Shown: positions 31,920 to 47,940 of the stretch, piece after piece
Position numbering within the stretch: the first letter of the stretch is position 1
Layout: each line of letters begins with the position of its first letter
Assembly (NCBI RefSeq): GCF_009914755.1
Contig: NC_060936.1
DNA: 64,000 bases
DNA from: the human T2T-CHM13v2.0 reference genome, Homo sapiens
Direction: 5' to 3' (one strand)
Notes under the pieces: model-generated
The model's database searches: none
What the model saw: only the letters and a program-made list of their open reading frames with translations
Told to the model about the DNA's origin: nothing
Made by a program: the position numbers and the translations under genes

Positions 31920-32172
31920 TGTTTGATAGAAAAAATAAGACCCAGTATTCAATAGAACAGTAGGGTTACTATAGTTTAGTATAATTTATTTATTGTATGT
32001 TTCATAAAGCTAGAAGAGAGTAACTTGAATGTTTCTAGCTTAAAGAAAAGACAAATATTTAAGATAATGAATATCCCAATTATGCTGATCTGATCTTTAC
32101 AAATTATAGGAAAGTATTAAATTATCACATACACCCTCAAAATATGTACATCTCTTACATATCAATAAAAAC
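31920..32172 (+). mobile_element. L1MA-type 3' end
   Basis: gtagggttactatagtt...gctagaagagag...gaatgtttctagc...aaaatatgtacatct...atcaataaaaa. Confidence 0.8.
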
Positions 32173-33549
32173 TGAAATTAATTTAAAAGCAAACAATATA
32201 TTCTTCCCTACTGCTAAATTATTGAGTGGAGAGCTTGTAGTAAACAATTTCAAAGTATTTTCCTTTTTTTCTTGCATATCTTTAGGCTTCAGTAGAATAC
32301 AGAACATACATCTTTGAGGGGATGTTTGAAAATCATATACATTCAAATTTGTGAAAGAAACTTGAAGATTATATACATCAACCCCTATTTTTTTAATTGA
32401 CTGATTTGCTGTCTTGCCCAAAGTCAGTGCCAGAAGATTTAGAACCAATATTTTTAATTTAGTAGTAACTTAATCATAGTGTATTATGCATTTATCTTCA
32501 GAAAAACCTGGGAATATTAATGTCTTCATAATCTTATTCACCACACACAAATTTTAATAATTACATTAAATCGCTGTATTAGTCATTCCAGGTAATAAAA
32601 AAATGAAGAAAAATAGTAACTATTCCTATGTTTCAAAAATTCAGTGGAAAACATAAAATCAGTCAAATGTGAAAGAAATTGAATGTAAGGCAAAATATGA
32701 GATGACATAGAGAGTTATAAACAAAGTTCAAGTGAGAATGCAAAGCAGGTATTTGGTAGTCATTAAATATATTGTGGAGCAGAAAATTTGATAAGAAAAT
32801 AAAATTACTTCATAAAGATAGCTGGTCATACATATCCTACTTAAAGAGCAAGGAAGGTCAAACCTATTCTTCATCATCAGTGAAGTAAATATGCATTGTG
32901 TATTAGGGAAAGTCTCATTCAATTCCTTGAAAATAGACATGTAAAACACACAAGGGAAACAGAAACTATTAAAATGCTTCAACTTCGTCATATTTTCAAA
33001 ATTCAGCAGGCTATGAACAATATAAGGCCTTTAGAAAGTCATCCAAAATTACCCAAATGTGAAATGCTAATTTCTAAATTACACAAATAAATACACCAAT
33101 GATACCAGAAAACTTTGTGGAGTTTGCAAATTATTCGCTTTAAAGCATGTAGCTGGTTTAATGAAATATGTCAAATCTCAGATCACCAAATCAATTTCAA
33201 AAGATATGGAGAAAAACAGGGTGATTATCATACACATAGTTTATCCTCTTTGGTCAGGCTTTACACACCATCAGTCCTTCAGGACTATGCGTTTTGACTG
33301 TGAACACACTACTACCAAGTCATGAATCTAAATGTTTTAATATGTTTATGGGAAGTTTTAACTATTACTTCAATTATTTAAAATTAAAATTTGCTGGCAA
33401 AGACAGAAACCCTATGAATTAGTTGAAATTTTCCAAAAGATTCTATTTAGTAATATGATCTCAGGGATAAATAACATGATTAAATAAATAAATAAATGTA
33501 GCAACACTCATAGCAAGAAAACAGAAAATATTAACTCCTTCATGTAAGC

Positions 33550-34032
33550 AGAACACTGCTTCTCTGAAAACTCCAGCTCCAATTACAATAAATCCGTCTC
33601 CCACCATCAACTATCCATTTACATAATCATTTAAATCTGTTACACAGGTACAGTGGTGTCAGAATTGTAAACAAATATCTCCTATAGAAAAAAACTTATT
33701 CAAAAGCTACCTTGTAGAAATGTACAGCATATGTATGTTGTTTAATTAATCTCAAACACACAGAAAAAAAATGGTATTAGAACTACCAAATTGTTTACAT
33801 AATGTTATTGAAGCAGATGGCAAATTATGGTAAGCAGATCTTGGCTGTGATTCTCGGCATTCCCTTCCTTCCAGGTTTCAGGATGGCAATTTTGTCTGAA
33901 ACTCAGTTATCCAATGGGTCAAATAAAATTTCTTTATTTTCAGGGTTTTTTTAGTTATTGTTATTTTTGTTGTAAAGACAGGAGTGACAATTATTAAGCT
34001 CTTTGTATATATTAGAGCTGAAACCAAAAGTC
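33550..34032 (-). mobile_element. Old L1M (L1M4/L1MC/L1MD-like) fragments including a 5' end
   Basis: ...aagctctttgtatatattagagctgaaaccaaaagtc resembles the reverse of an old L1M 5' terminus. Confidence 0.55.
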
Positions 34033-34799
34033 CTTTCTATTTTCTTTAAACTACAAGTCATTAAATTTCACATTTCAAATTTTAGAATGGTTGCTAGAAT
34101 GCAACATCAGAATAAGATCGCTCTACTAAGATTTTGAAGAGCATGATGGAATATAAACAAGTGGATCATAAGAGGCTAAATGATAATGAAAAATAAGAGA
34201 TAACAGACAAATTTTAGAATGTGGTTTAAATTTATACAAAAACTTATATGTGATGATTTGTCTATGCATTGTACTTATGATTTCTTAATGATAAACTCTT
34301 ATTTCTGCTGTTTTATTTCTTCATATTAAGATAAATAATAGCCTATAGACAAAGATGAACATGAGTCTGTTAAGTGATTTTGGGGAATTTCCTTCATTTT
34401 TATACCGATCTTATTAAAATCTTCATTTATATATGTAATCCTACATATATACTATAAATATCTGCTAAACAAATTACATCAGATGCAAAAAAATCATGAT
34501 TTTTTTTAAAAATACAGATAGAACTTCTAGATATGCATGTTCTCCACACTTAACTTCTAATCAAACCTTAGGAGGCAAAAGCACATACAGTATCAGACAG
34601 CAACACCAGCATAATACACTGTACATGGTAAGTACATAGTATCCTAACGTACAGTTCTCTAAGATCCTAATTTCAGTTATCACCCTTATTACCAACTGTA
34701 AGAAGGGCACACCAAAGGCGCTCAAGAAATAAGATATCACTAAAATAAATTTCTTATGTCAATAATTTCCATTTAATGTAATAGATTATAATATGTCAT

Positions 34800-34925
34800 A
34801 TGACAAATATTAAAATATATTTTGAGTGACAACAACTATATTCCATGTATTGGGTTATGCAGAGATTGCAAGATGAAATAAGACAGAAATGGTGCCTGTT
34901 CGTGCAAAGCTTACCATTCAGTGTA
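34800..34925 (-). mobile_element. L2 3' end relic
   Basis: aaatatattttgagtg...gatgaaataagacagaaatggtgcctgttcgtgcaaagcttaccattcagtg. Confidence 0.6.
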
Positions 34926-35269
34926 CACAAATGCTCTCATCAAATATTGCCCTGTTCTAATTACAGCAGTTTTTTCTTTTTGATGTATTTATGGAATTGA
35001 GTCATTCTGGGGAAGAAACGTGAGGATGAACATGTATCAACACTGACTGTATAGTCCACCTTTCTGTGAATGCGCATAAAGACTTTGGAGCAAGATACTT
35101 CATTCTTGAATGGCAAGGCAGAATGTAACAGAAGTCGTTATAGATATAAATAACCAAGCAATTTTGTTTCACAGTTAAAAAGATAATGTGCTAGTTAATA
35201 AGGATTCCCCTTGCCTAGCCCCCAAATAAAAAAGAAAATTCACTATAACATCAAAAGCAATTCTATTCT

Positions 35270-35270
<1 letters not shown>

Positions 35271-35300
<30 letters not shown>
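35271..35300. repeat. Poly(T)30 tract
   Basis: Seen directly. Confidence 0.95.
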
Positions 35301-35301
<1 letters not shown>

Positions 35302-35954
35302 TCTTATTGCGTTCTACACATTAAAGGAATTTTGTGCGAATAGTCTGCTGGTGGCCTCCCAAGGCTTAAGTGGAATGTTGGGCCTAGTGCCTTGAAATAG
35401 CCATATTTTTGGAGAATGAAACTAAGAAGTAATTGCCAATGACAGCATTTAGTGGAATAATAGATTTGCACTAAAGAAAAAGAGAATTCCAACAGAACAA
35501 AATGAGAAGACTGGATTAAGATGTAAAGAGTTTCCAAGTGGAGAGAAATGCTAGCCTGCAGCAATTTCTTCTTATACTCTTGCCTGCCACCTCTACCTTG
35601 AATGTAGTTGAAAAGGAGTAAACATAAACTAATCCTCACGCATTTTTCCATACTCATCCTGAAGCAGCTGCATAATAATCTTTAAATCCTTGACATTACT
35701 TGATTACGCAGTTTAATTAGCACACCACTTATCACTGAATATTAGAGGTTTTTCATCTCACATCTCATACCACTTTTAAAAATCACATCTCTGAAGGCCA
35801 AAAGTTTTAATAACAATTAATTAAGCATAATGCTCACTTACATTGAGAAATATCAAGTCTTTATTTTTAAAAGTGTATTAAGTTTTTTAAAATATATTTT
35901 CACTGGAATCCTTGTTCAAAATTTGACACTGTGATGCTCATAAAAAAGACATTT

Positions 35955-36995
35955 GTTCAAGGTAAAAATAAAACTACCATATAATCCAGCAATCCCACTA
36001 CTAAGTATGTATCCAAAGGTAAGGAAATTAGTATTTTGGAGGTATATCTGCCCTCCCATGTTTATCACAGCACTATTCACAATAGCCAAGGTAGGGAATC
36101 AACCAATGTGTCCATCATCAGACAAATGGATAAAGCAAACTTGCTGTATATGCATAATGGAATATCATTTAGCCTTAACAAAGAATGAAATGCTGTCATG
36201 GGGAAATAATGTTAAGAGAAATAAATCAGGCACAGAAAGATGCATATTATATGTTCTCATTCATATGTGGAGGCTAAAAAAGTTGATCTCATAGAAGTAG
36301 AGAGCAGAATAGTGATTACTAGAGGCTAGGAAGGGTAGGGGGACAGGGAGAGGTTGGTTAATGTATGCAATATTACAGCTAGATAGGAGGAATGAGCTCT
36401 GGTGTTCTATAGCGCTGTGGGGTAACTATAGTAAACAATAATTTATTTTAATTTTTCAAACAATTAGAAGAGTGGCTTTTCAATGTTACCCAACACAAGA
36501 GTTGGAGATGATGGGTATGCTAGTAACTCTGACTGGAACATGATTTCTAATTATGTTTTTTACTATCATGCCTGTAGCCACATTGAAGGGGTTTACTTAC
36601 ACATGCGAATAAAGCTAATTCTGAGTGTGTTACTTCAGCGATGCATTGTGAGTTGCTTTATTACAGTGAATTGAACTGTTTACCAATCAGCGAATTTTCC
36701 AGGCAAGTGTTTAGGACATATTTTAAAGGATGATTCTTAGAATTGTGTTTATAGCCTTTTTGTGAGGAGTTTTCATATATACTTTGTAAAGCTAAATCTC
36801 AGCATGTTCCTTCAGAGATGTATTATGAGGTGCTTTATTACAGTGAAGTGAAATGTTTACCCATAGTCAACTCTGTAATCAAGTGTTTAGGAATGCTTTT
36901 TAACAAAGTTATTTCATTACACATTGTATATATGCCTCAAAATATCACACTGTACTCCATAAATACGTACAATTACTATGTGTCATTTAAACATG
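35955..36995 (+). mobile_element. L1MA (L1MA3/4-like) 3' end with a ~375-bp non-L1 insert at 36541-36915
   Basis: ORF 35953-36294 reads LPYNPAIPLL...FTIAK. The 3'UTR stops at ...ctctgactggaacat and resumes at cattacacattgtata...cacactgtactccataaat. Confidence 0.88.
36541..36915. repeat. Diverged tandem dimer (~190 + ~177 bp units) of unknown origin
   Basis: Shared blocks aaagcta, tgctttattacagtgaa, tgtttacc and caagtgtttagga recur at a ~177-bp offset. Confidence 0.85.
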
Positions 36996-37249
36996 TATAT
37001 TTTAAAAAGTTTTTTTGATAAAATATATTTGAGCATATCAAGTTTAGTTTTATAAGATTATAACTTTATGTGAAAATTTTTCACAGCTCACAGGATTATG
37101 AAATTTCTTAAGTTTTAAGGTTACATTCTAGATAATAATTATAATTTTACTAAGTAATATATTTTAGTTATTAAAAGCTTGTGTTATACAGAATTGTATA
37201 TTACTTGCATGAACGATAGTAACTATAAATATGTCTATGCAGTTGGGTA

Positions 37250-37365
37250 TGCACATACCCCTCACATATGTATCAAATACACATACATATACATATGTGT
37301 AGGGACTATCAAATACACATACATATGCATATGTGTAGACATGTACATATACACATACATAATTA
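37250..37365. repeat. (CATA/TACA)n low-complexity tract with ~36-bp duplication
   Basis: tatcaaatacacatacatat(a/g)catatgtgtag occurs twice. Confidence 0.8.
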
Positions 37366-37437
37366 TGTAATCAATTGAAATCAGCCTTTGACTTTAGTAT
37401 TCATCCCTGACTATGTTTTTAATGAATTCTAAAGAAA

Positions 37438-37484
37438 TTCTGTTTTCTAAGTGGGTAAATGTTCTGTTTTTTAAGTGGGTAAAT
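37438..37484. repeat. ~24-bp tandem duplication
   Basis: ttctgtttt(c/t)taagtgggtaaat x2. Confidence 0.9.
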
Positions 37485-37877
37485 ATTTTTAAGTGTTTTT
37501 GTGTTCTCATAAACATCAGATTAATACCGAAAATTATTCTTATCTTCCATACTCCAGGTTTCTTAAAGGAACCTTCCTCAGAGACTATGTTACTTTTTCA
37601 TCATTAATTTGAACCTGTATTTTAATCACTATACTCATGTCAAACCAATCTTTCTGTTTGTTTTTTTAGTTGTTGAGTTTATTTTAATAATTTGAGATTG
37701 GTTTATTAAATACATAATTAAACTAAAGAACCAAAATATCACTCTATGAAGAGAACAAAATTTGGCTCATATAGTTCATTAGTGGTAAAATATCTTCAAA
37801 TTGGTTTGGAATTTTTTAGTAGAAACATATATGGATATTTTACACAAATAATTTTGGGTATGTTTGCTTATTTTGCC

Positions 37878-37897
37878 ACTGTTTACATGTAAACAGT
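37878..37897. repeat. Perfect 20-bp palindrome made of two forkhead core motifs
   Basis: acTGTTTACatGTAAACAgt. Confidence 0.9.
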
Positions 37898-38289
37898 ATA
37901 TAAAATGTCCTTTTGATTTAGGAAATTCTAATATTAGATACTACAGAATTTAAATTTCTCTTTTTTTTTTCTATTGATTATTTTTCCACTAGACTCCTTT
38001 GTTTGAACTTGTGGACCTATCCAATTTTCAGCTGTACTTGATACAATTCCCAAACCCTGAAAAATTATTTTCCAGTTTCATGTCATCATGTGATATCAAC
38101 TCAAAAAGTGTTAATATTTAACCTTACTTAAATTTTTGCATTGATTTCTAATTTCTTTGACTAACGTTTATAAAAATAGCATCAACTAGTGTAAGGTATT
38201 TTTATTACCTACCAACCAATCAACATACAAAAATTCAAATTCACTCTGAATGTGTTAGAAAAGAAACTGAAAGCTCCTTGAGGGAAATA

Positions 38290-38550
38290 TAATAATACTG
38301 AGTTATTTATTAAATTATTGGGTGCTAACATTATGGTAGCCAGGTACTAAGTCCTTTAAATATCTTTTCTGTTTCCTACAAAAATGTGAGATTAATTTAC
38401 AATCATCATTATGCAGGAGAAAAATGAGGTTTAAATAAATTAAGTAACTTGGCTGAGATCTCATGCTGATAATCCACAGTGTTAAGAACTGAACGAGCTC
38501 TGTTAAACTTTGAAGTCTATATTTTTAGCCAACATGTTACACTACTTCTC
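38290..38550 (-). mobile_element. MIR
   Basis: gcaggagaaaaatgaggtttaaataaattaagtaacttggctgagatctcatgctg. Confidence 0.7.
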
Positions 38551-38649
38551 TAAGTCTGTTTCTTTCATTTCTATGGTCATTGTAACTTAGAAGCAGTAAG
38601 TACTCACAGAATGCTTATTACATGTTGAGAAACTTGATTCCTAACATTT

Positions 38650-40934
<2,285 letters not shown>

Positions 40935-43588
40935 ATGTGTATGTATGTTTGCTCTGCATTTTACCAAGTATATCTCTGTTGCTAAACTACTTGTGTGTGT
41001 AACTTATATACGTTTTTATGACCCATTTCATTAATGTTTAAAAGATAGGTGCATCTAGTATACCTGTACTGCCACAATTTATAAATTATAAAGCTTTCTC
41101 CTTTAGAGCAACTCTTATTAAGACCATTATAAAATATATAAAAGTGTATATGCTGGCGGGTAGGGGAAGGTCCATTTTTTAAAAATGTTTTTGTGCTTAA
41201 TTCTGAGTTTTGGTGACATTATTCCGCCTCCCATTTATGAGCCAAGGAAGATTTGACAACTTCTCCACTTGGTCTGTATATACCGAGTGCAATGAGTACT
41301 TTTCGCTAGTAGGGCTACTAAAGGCTTAGAGGCACATTAAGGAGGAAGAGGTGAAAAGTGTGGCACTTTAAAGTAGGATTCACAGAGTAACAGAATATGC
41401 TTCTACATGATGTTAAAAGTTTCTTTAAACAAGTTGCAACCACCGAAAATACTCACTTATTAAACGTGGCTTACATAGCAATTTTATAAATTTTCACAAC
41501 CAAAAGCATTGGCAATGACAGCAAAATGGTAAATTTAGTCACCCAAATCCTATTACTATACTGTACATGCTTATTGTAAGCACAATTCTGCTATTGACAT
41601 GTGAAGAAACAGCCACACAGATGGGAGCCAGGATAGAGTGATATGGCTTTATTTTTAACGTTTTGAAAGTTTTCTCATATGGCACTGCAGATATAGAGAA
41701 TATATGTTTTCAGAAATTCTAATTCGTGCATCTTTCTAAGGAAATAACACTAAAGGAAGGACTATGTGAGTGTGTTTGCATGTGCTCCTATGCTCAATAA
41801 TTTTTTATAGTCAAGTCACATTAACATACCCAGAAGGATTCCTTAACACTTGCAGAACAATTTTATTGCTAGAATATGTAATATTTTGAAAATTGTTTCC
41901 TCTCTCCACCCACCACAACTGTCATCCACAAAGCCCAGCTTACTTCTTTAGAGAAAGTCAGCGTGACATATTTTTTGTGGGAGTTCACATAGCAGCTTCC
42001 TCAAATAATGTGTTGGTCCATCTGATTTATCCTGTTTCCATTTCTGGTAATCTCTTTACAGCCCACGTCAGACTTCTAGCCCCAAATCTATTCATTTTTT
42101 ATAGAGCATTCTCAGCCAAGCCTACATCTTTCAGGCTACTTCACTAAAAAATAAAAAAGTGAATGTTAGGAGATTTTCTACTAGATATCTATAACCAACA
42201 TATATGAATGAGAATAATCACACGTTTCAAAAATACAATGAGTAATTGTATATAATTGAAACTCTAATATCTCTTGAAGTTAAAATATCTTTCCATGTCT
42301 AAAGGAAAATTATGGATATAAATCTCACTTTAATAGTAATATGATTACATGATAATTATTAGTGTTAAAAGTGCTTTTATTCAGATGCTCTTGTAAACTA
42401 AATGAATCTAATTATATAAAATTTTGAATTTTGAGGCAAACATTTTGCAATTGCAATTGTATCTTACATTGCATGTTATATGCCTATATATTAATATGTG
42501 ACAATAGTCTATGTGCTCATAGGCAAGCAATAGCTAGAAGTTAACTATAGAGGTAAAGATGGTATTTATATGAATGTTTACATTTATATTAATTTTATTT
42601 ATAAGTACTTATTTGATATTATTTAAGTATATATCAAACTTTATGTGAAATTACATATTGATATATAAATTCATATGCTAAGTGCTAATATATATTTATA
42701 TGCAAATATTCCACAGTATGTATATGTAAGTATGTAAAATGTCTTTTTTGCATCTTTGTAAAAATGTATTTCTATTATGCTTCAGAAAAAGTGCACAGAT
42801 GATTAAAATTTTTAAAGAGAAAATGAGACTACAATATTTACATAAGGGATTTAAAATTATAAGACAGTACTATAAACATACTACCTCTACAGATTTGAGA
42901 ATTTCTACAAATTAAATAACAATGTAATTTATCTTGGCATCCACAGCAAGGAAATTACAGCTTATTGTAATACTAGAAATGTGTGCTGCTATGATTTTTA
43001 TATTACTGTATTACTGTACTTTGAGTTGCTTAAAAATAGTCTGTACTATAAATTTTTATCTACATGTACACACAGAATAATCATTTGTGAGGGTCTTTGT
43101 GTCTCTCCATTACCTCAAAATATATTTTTCTCAGTGATATGAAAATTAAAATTTAAAATGTTTTCTTTTATATGAACCACCCTATTTACCAGTGAAGAAC
43201 CTATTTGTTGTGTGATGGGCAAAAAAGTACATTAAAAAGTTATAAGAATATCAAGTTGTTTTCTGAAATAGAATTGGAATTATCAATTTCTATAGACAAA
43301 TCAAATGCATCCTAATTATATAAGTATTTTTATGATGCATTTTTATTCCCCCTTACAGCTGTAAATCATACTGAATGATTTATTACTCCCAAAATATATG
43401 ATATCATAGTATTTTTCTTAACTTATAAAATCTCACACTAACTCCAAAAACATCCCTGAAATACAACTTACCAAGTATATAGCTAAAATAATATATTTCA
43501 GGTTAACTGAGAAATATTAATTAAGACTTAAAATAAATTCATTACAAATTTATTGATCCAGTCATAACATACTATAATTATCTGAATA

Positions 43589-43921
43589 CAGTAGTTTTCC
43601 CCTATCCACAGGATATACGTTGTAAGACCTCCCAGTGGATGCCTAAAACCTCGAGTAGTACTGAACCCTGTATTTATTAATACTATGTTTTTCCCTATAC
43701 ATACATAACTACAAAAAAGCTTAATTTATAAATTAAGCACACTATGAGATTGACAATAAATAATACTAAAATAGAATAATTATAACAATACTCAGAACAA
43801 GGTACAACTTAAAACTTAGAAATTGTCTATTTCTGGTATTTCTTTAATATTTTCAGGCTATGGTTGACCAAAGATAACTGAAATCATGGAAAGCAAAATT
43901 GCAGATAAGGGGCGACCACTG
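43589..43921 (-). mobile_element. MER44A (Tigger7-derived MITE)
   Basis: cagtagttttcccctatcc...gataaggggcgaccactg terminal inverted repeats with TA on both sides. Confidence 0.9.
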
Positions 43922-44735
43922 TAATACTGTCTCCCCAGGCTCCATCCATTTCTACAACCAGTCTATTCCATTCTTTCCTAAAATTAATAAGAGGGAAAAA
44001 ACACACTTTCATCATATGCATCCCAATAACAAAAAAGTAAATTTAGCATGTTATATATTTAGTATCACATTATGAAACTTTATAATGATTAAGTAATTCT
44101 TCATTATACTCCTCCTTATACTTATCAACACTGGCAGAGAGACCTATGCTTTTGAGCAAACAGAAAAATCTGGAACAGAAAAACCCTGCAGGAAGCTTTG
44201 AATCACAAAATTTGAGGCATAGAATCAACTTCAGAGATGAACAAGCTAGATTCCCATATAGTATATGAAGAATCTGAGGCAAAAACAAATAAAACTCCTC
44301 CCCAGAAAAGAAGTTGAAAAGTTTGCAGATCACAAGACTAACTGCTGACAGAAGTAAAATAAGTAAAAAAAGATGACAAGGATGACAAAGAAGAAAGAGA
44401 AAGAGGAAGAGAAGGAGAAGAAAAATGAAATCCAGGTCTACAATTGAGACTGCCTGATTTCCAAACTCTTAATAATGCCATGGGAGTAAAATGTCAAACT
44501 CTTGCTCTTCTGATTCTTGGGGCTCTTTGTGGGTATCAAAAGGCCACATGGACACAGATTCCACTTAATCAGAACCACTTGCTTCATCTATTGTAAATAT
44601 CAGAATTCTACCCAATACATCATTTCATTTGTAGATTTTTGGCTTGGAACCATTATGGGTAGAGAATGGAATGAACATATTGCACATATCTATTTGTTCC
44701 TGAAAGCTTAAAACTGCCAGGTCAAAATGACTGTG

Positions 44736-44781
44736 TACACACACACACACACCACACACGCACGTGTGCACACACACACAC
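44736..44781. repeat. Interrupted (CA)n microsatellite
   Basis: Seen directly. Confidence 0.9.
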
Positions 44782-44804
44782 TAGAAATATGTACTGCTAT
44801 ATAT

Positions 44805-45100
44805 ATTTATTCATTTTGAGACAGAGTCTCGCTGTGTCGCCCAGGCTGGGGTGCAGTGGCGCGATCTCGGCTCACTGCAACCTCCGCCTCCAGGTTCAAG
44901 TAATTTTTCTGCCCCAGCCTCCCAAGTAGCTGGGACAACAGGTGCCCACCACCATGCCCAGATAATTTATTTTGTATTTTTAGTAGAGATGGGGTTTCAC
45001 TACGTTGGTCAGGCTGGTCTTGAACTCCTGAACTCATGATCCACCTGCCTCGGCCCCCCAAAGTGCTGGGATTACAGGTGTGAGACACTGCACCTGGACC
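44805..45100 (-). mobile_element. AluS (AluSg-like)
   Basis: Full dimer, CpG-decayed, ctcctgaactcatgatcc. Confidence 0.93.
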
Positions 45101-45129
45101 ATAATTTTTTTATTACTGTATTACCATAC

Positions 45130-45400
45130 AATAATATGAAATATATATGTATATATGTATATGTATATAACAAACATGTATGTATATGTATATATTGTCT
45201 GTAAGGAGATATATATGTGTATAAATACATATACACATACACATATATATCCATTTACAAACTATATATATACACACACACATAATGATATAAATGGATA
45301 TAGATGTGGATATACATACACATATTTATGTGTATTTATATTACATAAATATATATACACATATATATTCATTTACAGACATATACACATATATATCCAT
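45130..45400. repeat. (TA)/(CATA)-rich low-complexity tract
   Basis: Seen directly; source of the spurious Tyr/Ile/His ORFs. Confidence 0.9.
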
Positions 45401-45403
45401 TTA

Positions 45404-45541
45404 CAGACAATTTCAAACTTCTGATTTTTCAACTTTATGAAGAGTTTATTGGTTATTAAATGCATTTTCAACTTCAGACATTTTTGCCTTGTGAAAGGTT
45501 TATCAAAACATTTAACCATATCATAAGTTGAGGATCATGTG
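45404..45541 (-). mobile_element. MER47C/Tigger5-type short MITE
   Basis: The reverse strand reads gatcctcaacttatgatatggtt...gataaacc...gttgaaaatgcatttaata, like the MER47A at 23895. Confidence 0.7.
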
Positions 45542-45749
45542 TGTTTGAAACCATCTTCAAACTGGAGAAAATGTGAAAATTCAATGATTTCTTTTAATGA
45601 GAGCTAGGCCACTAAATTCTCACTTATAAAATTAGTAAGTAAAGGGAAACCTATTTAAGTGTTTGCTTTGGTTCTCTTATTTTATAAACCTAGCTGATTC
45701 CTTACAGAGCAACTTAAGTGAATAAATGTAGAAAATAATAGAATAGAAT

Positions 45750-46500
45750 AATCATTTTGCCATCTCAAATAAAGTGATCTATCCAGCCTATAAAAATCAA
45801 TGACTATGAAGATGATGGGAAACTTTTAAATGGTATTATCATGTCATCGCTTGAGCCCACGGTTGACTCCTAACTTGGCCATGATTGAGATGCTATGTAG
45901 CCTCCTGATGTGATACAGTATAAAGCACAAGGTACTTCTTGTGCAGTACTCTTGAGGGTAAGTTAAGTCAAAATCTAATAGAGACTTTAGATTTAACTTG
46001 CAATTTGCAGTAAGTCCTGGAGATAGGTGAATATGCTGACACCACAAGGAAAAACATTAAACCAGAGTATAGGGCATTCTACTAGACAAAAGATAACATT
46101 TCTTCAAGTAAAGAACCCTTAGAAGAGAAAATGGCAGGCAGGGATAGAAAGAGAGGGCAGTTTGTTGTTGTTGAGACGGAGTCTCGCTCCATCGCCCAGG
46201 AGTTGGAGTGCGGTGGTGAGATCTGGGCTCACTGCAAGCTCCGCCTCCCGGGTTCACGCCATTCTCCCGCCTCAGACTCCTGAGTAGCTGGGATTACAGG
46301 CACCCGCCACCACACCCAGCTAATTTTGTTTTTGTATTTTTAGTAGAGACGGGGTTTCACCGTCTTATCCAGGATGGTCTCCATCTCCTGACCTCGTGAT
46401 CTGCCCGCCTTGGCCTCCCAAAGTGCTGGGATTACAGGCGTGAGAAAGAGAGAACAATTTTAATTTAAAAGAAACATAACAAAAATTAATGTCATGTATA
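45750..46500 (+). mobile_element. Old L1MC/L1ME 3' relic, host of an Alu
   Basis: aaaatctaatagagactttagatttaact...gggcattctactagacaa; boundaries approximate. Confidence 0.45.
46164..46444 (-). mobile_element. AluY (older, first ~15 nt missing, (CAA)n tail)
   Basis: gcaagctccgcctcccgggttcacgccattc; degenerate TSD aaagagagggcagttt / aaagagagaacaattt. Confidence 0.92.
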
Positions 46501-47559
46501 TCACTGACAAATCATCAAACTGAATCAAAATAAAGTTTTCATTAAATTTTCTATTTGTAGGTTTTTAGCATGATTCAGTCACCATGTTATCTGTTTTACT
46601 CCTTTGAAAGACACCATATAATGGCTACACAGCTCACTTGTATAGTGTTCTAGAAAGTCATATTTCAGGGTAAGTGATCCCACACAATTAGCATGCCTCC
46701 TGACACTGTAGATATCTGGGTCTTTTATATGAGGCCATTTAAATTCATAAAAATCTTAAAGGAATTTAAAAGTTAACCCATGTGTACATGCAAGCCAACA
46801 AAAGAAAAACAAATATTTGAATTACTGTAGATTTAGCTAACCTCTACTACTGAGAAAGCTTTACAGTATTTATTCCTGAAGCATCTTATCCCTGTTATTT
46901 CTGTCATGTATTATTGTGTTAGCAATACAAGATCTTCTACTAATATCTTCTGCAGCCCAATTTATGTGTCCAGTACTTAATGATCGTAAATATAATGTCT
47001 CATCATTGCCAGTACCTGACAACATCCAAAAGTCCTATCTTGATTCTAATTTGTCTTTTAATATTCTTTGACACTATTAACCAATTCTATGTAAAACTTA
47101 TTTTTCTAGACCAACACTTTCTTGCTTGTCTTCCATTTGTCCTGTTTCTTAATTAATAAATTTTCCTCAACCCCCTATAGGTGTCTTCATCCAGGGTTCA
47201 AGTAGAGATTTTCATCTTTTCCTTTTTTAGGCTTCAGTTGCCAGCTGTTTATGTTACAAATTTATTTGCCACTACTGAACTCAGTGCACATGATTCAGAT
47301 TTAAATGATAGTATTAAATTTAATCCTTTAATCTTTAGTAGTTTGTTCACAGTAGAAACTCAGCAACTTCTCACTAACAAACATGAAGCTATTAATATTA
47401 GTGTTATAAAGTTAGTATAAATTAAAATGCATCAAAAATATTTTATTACTTTAAAAATTGTATTATTTTCCCTTATTTTTAAACCAAGACATCACATCTC
47501 AAAATATACTTAAAGAATCGAGCTTCAATTTATACACAGGCTTAAAATTACCAACTCCC

Positions 47560-47940
47560 TTTAGCTAATATCATCTTCACTAGTATATGAAATAGAGGTA
47601 TAAAAGTTTATACAATGACAAAAATGGCATACAAAACATGTTCCTTTAGATATTAATTTAAATAGTCACATTTTAAGAAAGCAGTCTCATGTAAAACATA
47701 ACTGGGACAGACACAACATAAACTAGGGGAGATATAAGATTTAAATGGAAGAAATGCTATGTCTATTTGTAAATGACTATTATGCATATACTAAAATTTG
47801 ATTTGAATACTTAAGAATTAAAATCAAGTATTCATATTCTATATTTATATAAGCTTATAAAGGCTAATTATCTGTACTATTATCTAATTAGAAATTTAAA
47901 GACATTTCACTTCATAATATAGTTCAATATATTGCAGACA
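47560..47940 (+). mobile_element. Very old L1 ORF2 relic
   Basis: ggaagaaatgctatgtctatttgtaaatgactattatgcatatactaaaa corresponds to the [14 protein letters not shown] region. Confidence 0.5.

Noticed and set aside
35271-35700. Poly(T)30 as the tail of a minus-strand processed pseudogene
   Set aside because: No AATAAA at the expected distance, no TSD, and the 117-aa ORF is unrecognisable.
36541-36915. Calling the dimer alpha satellite
   Set aside because: Only a few short words resemble it, and spacing and unit lengths (190/177 bp versus 171 bp) disagree. Left as unknown.
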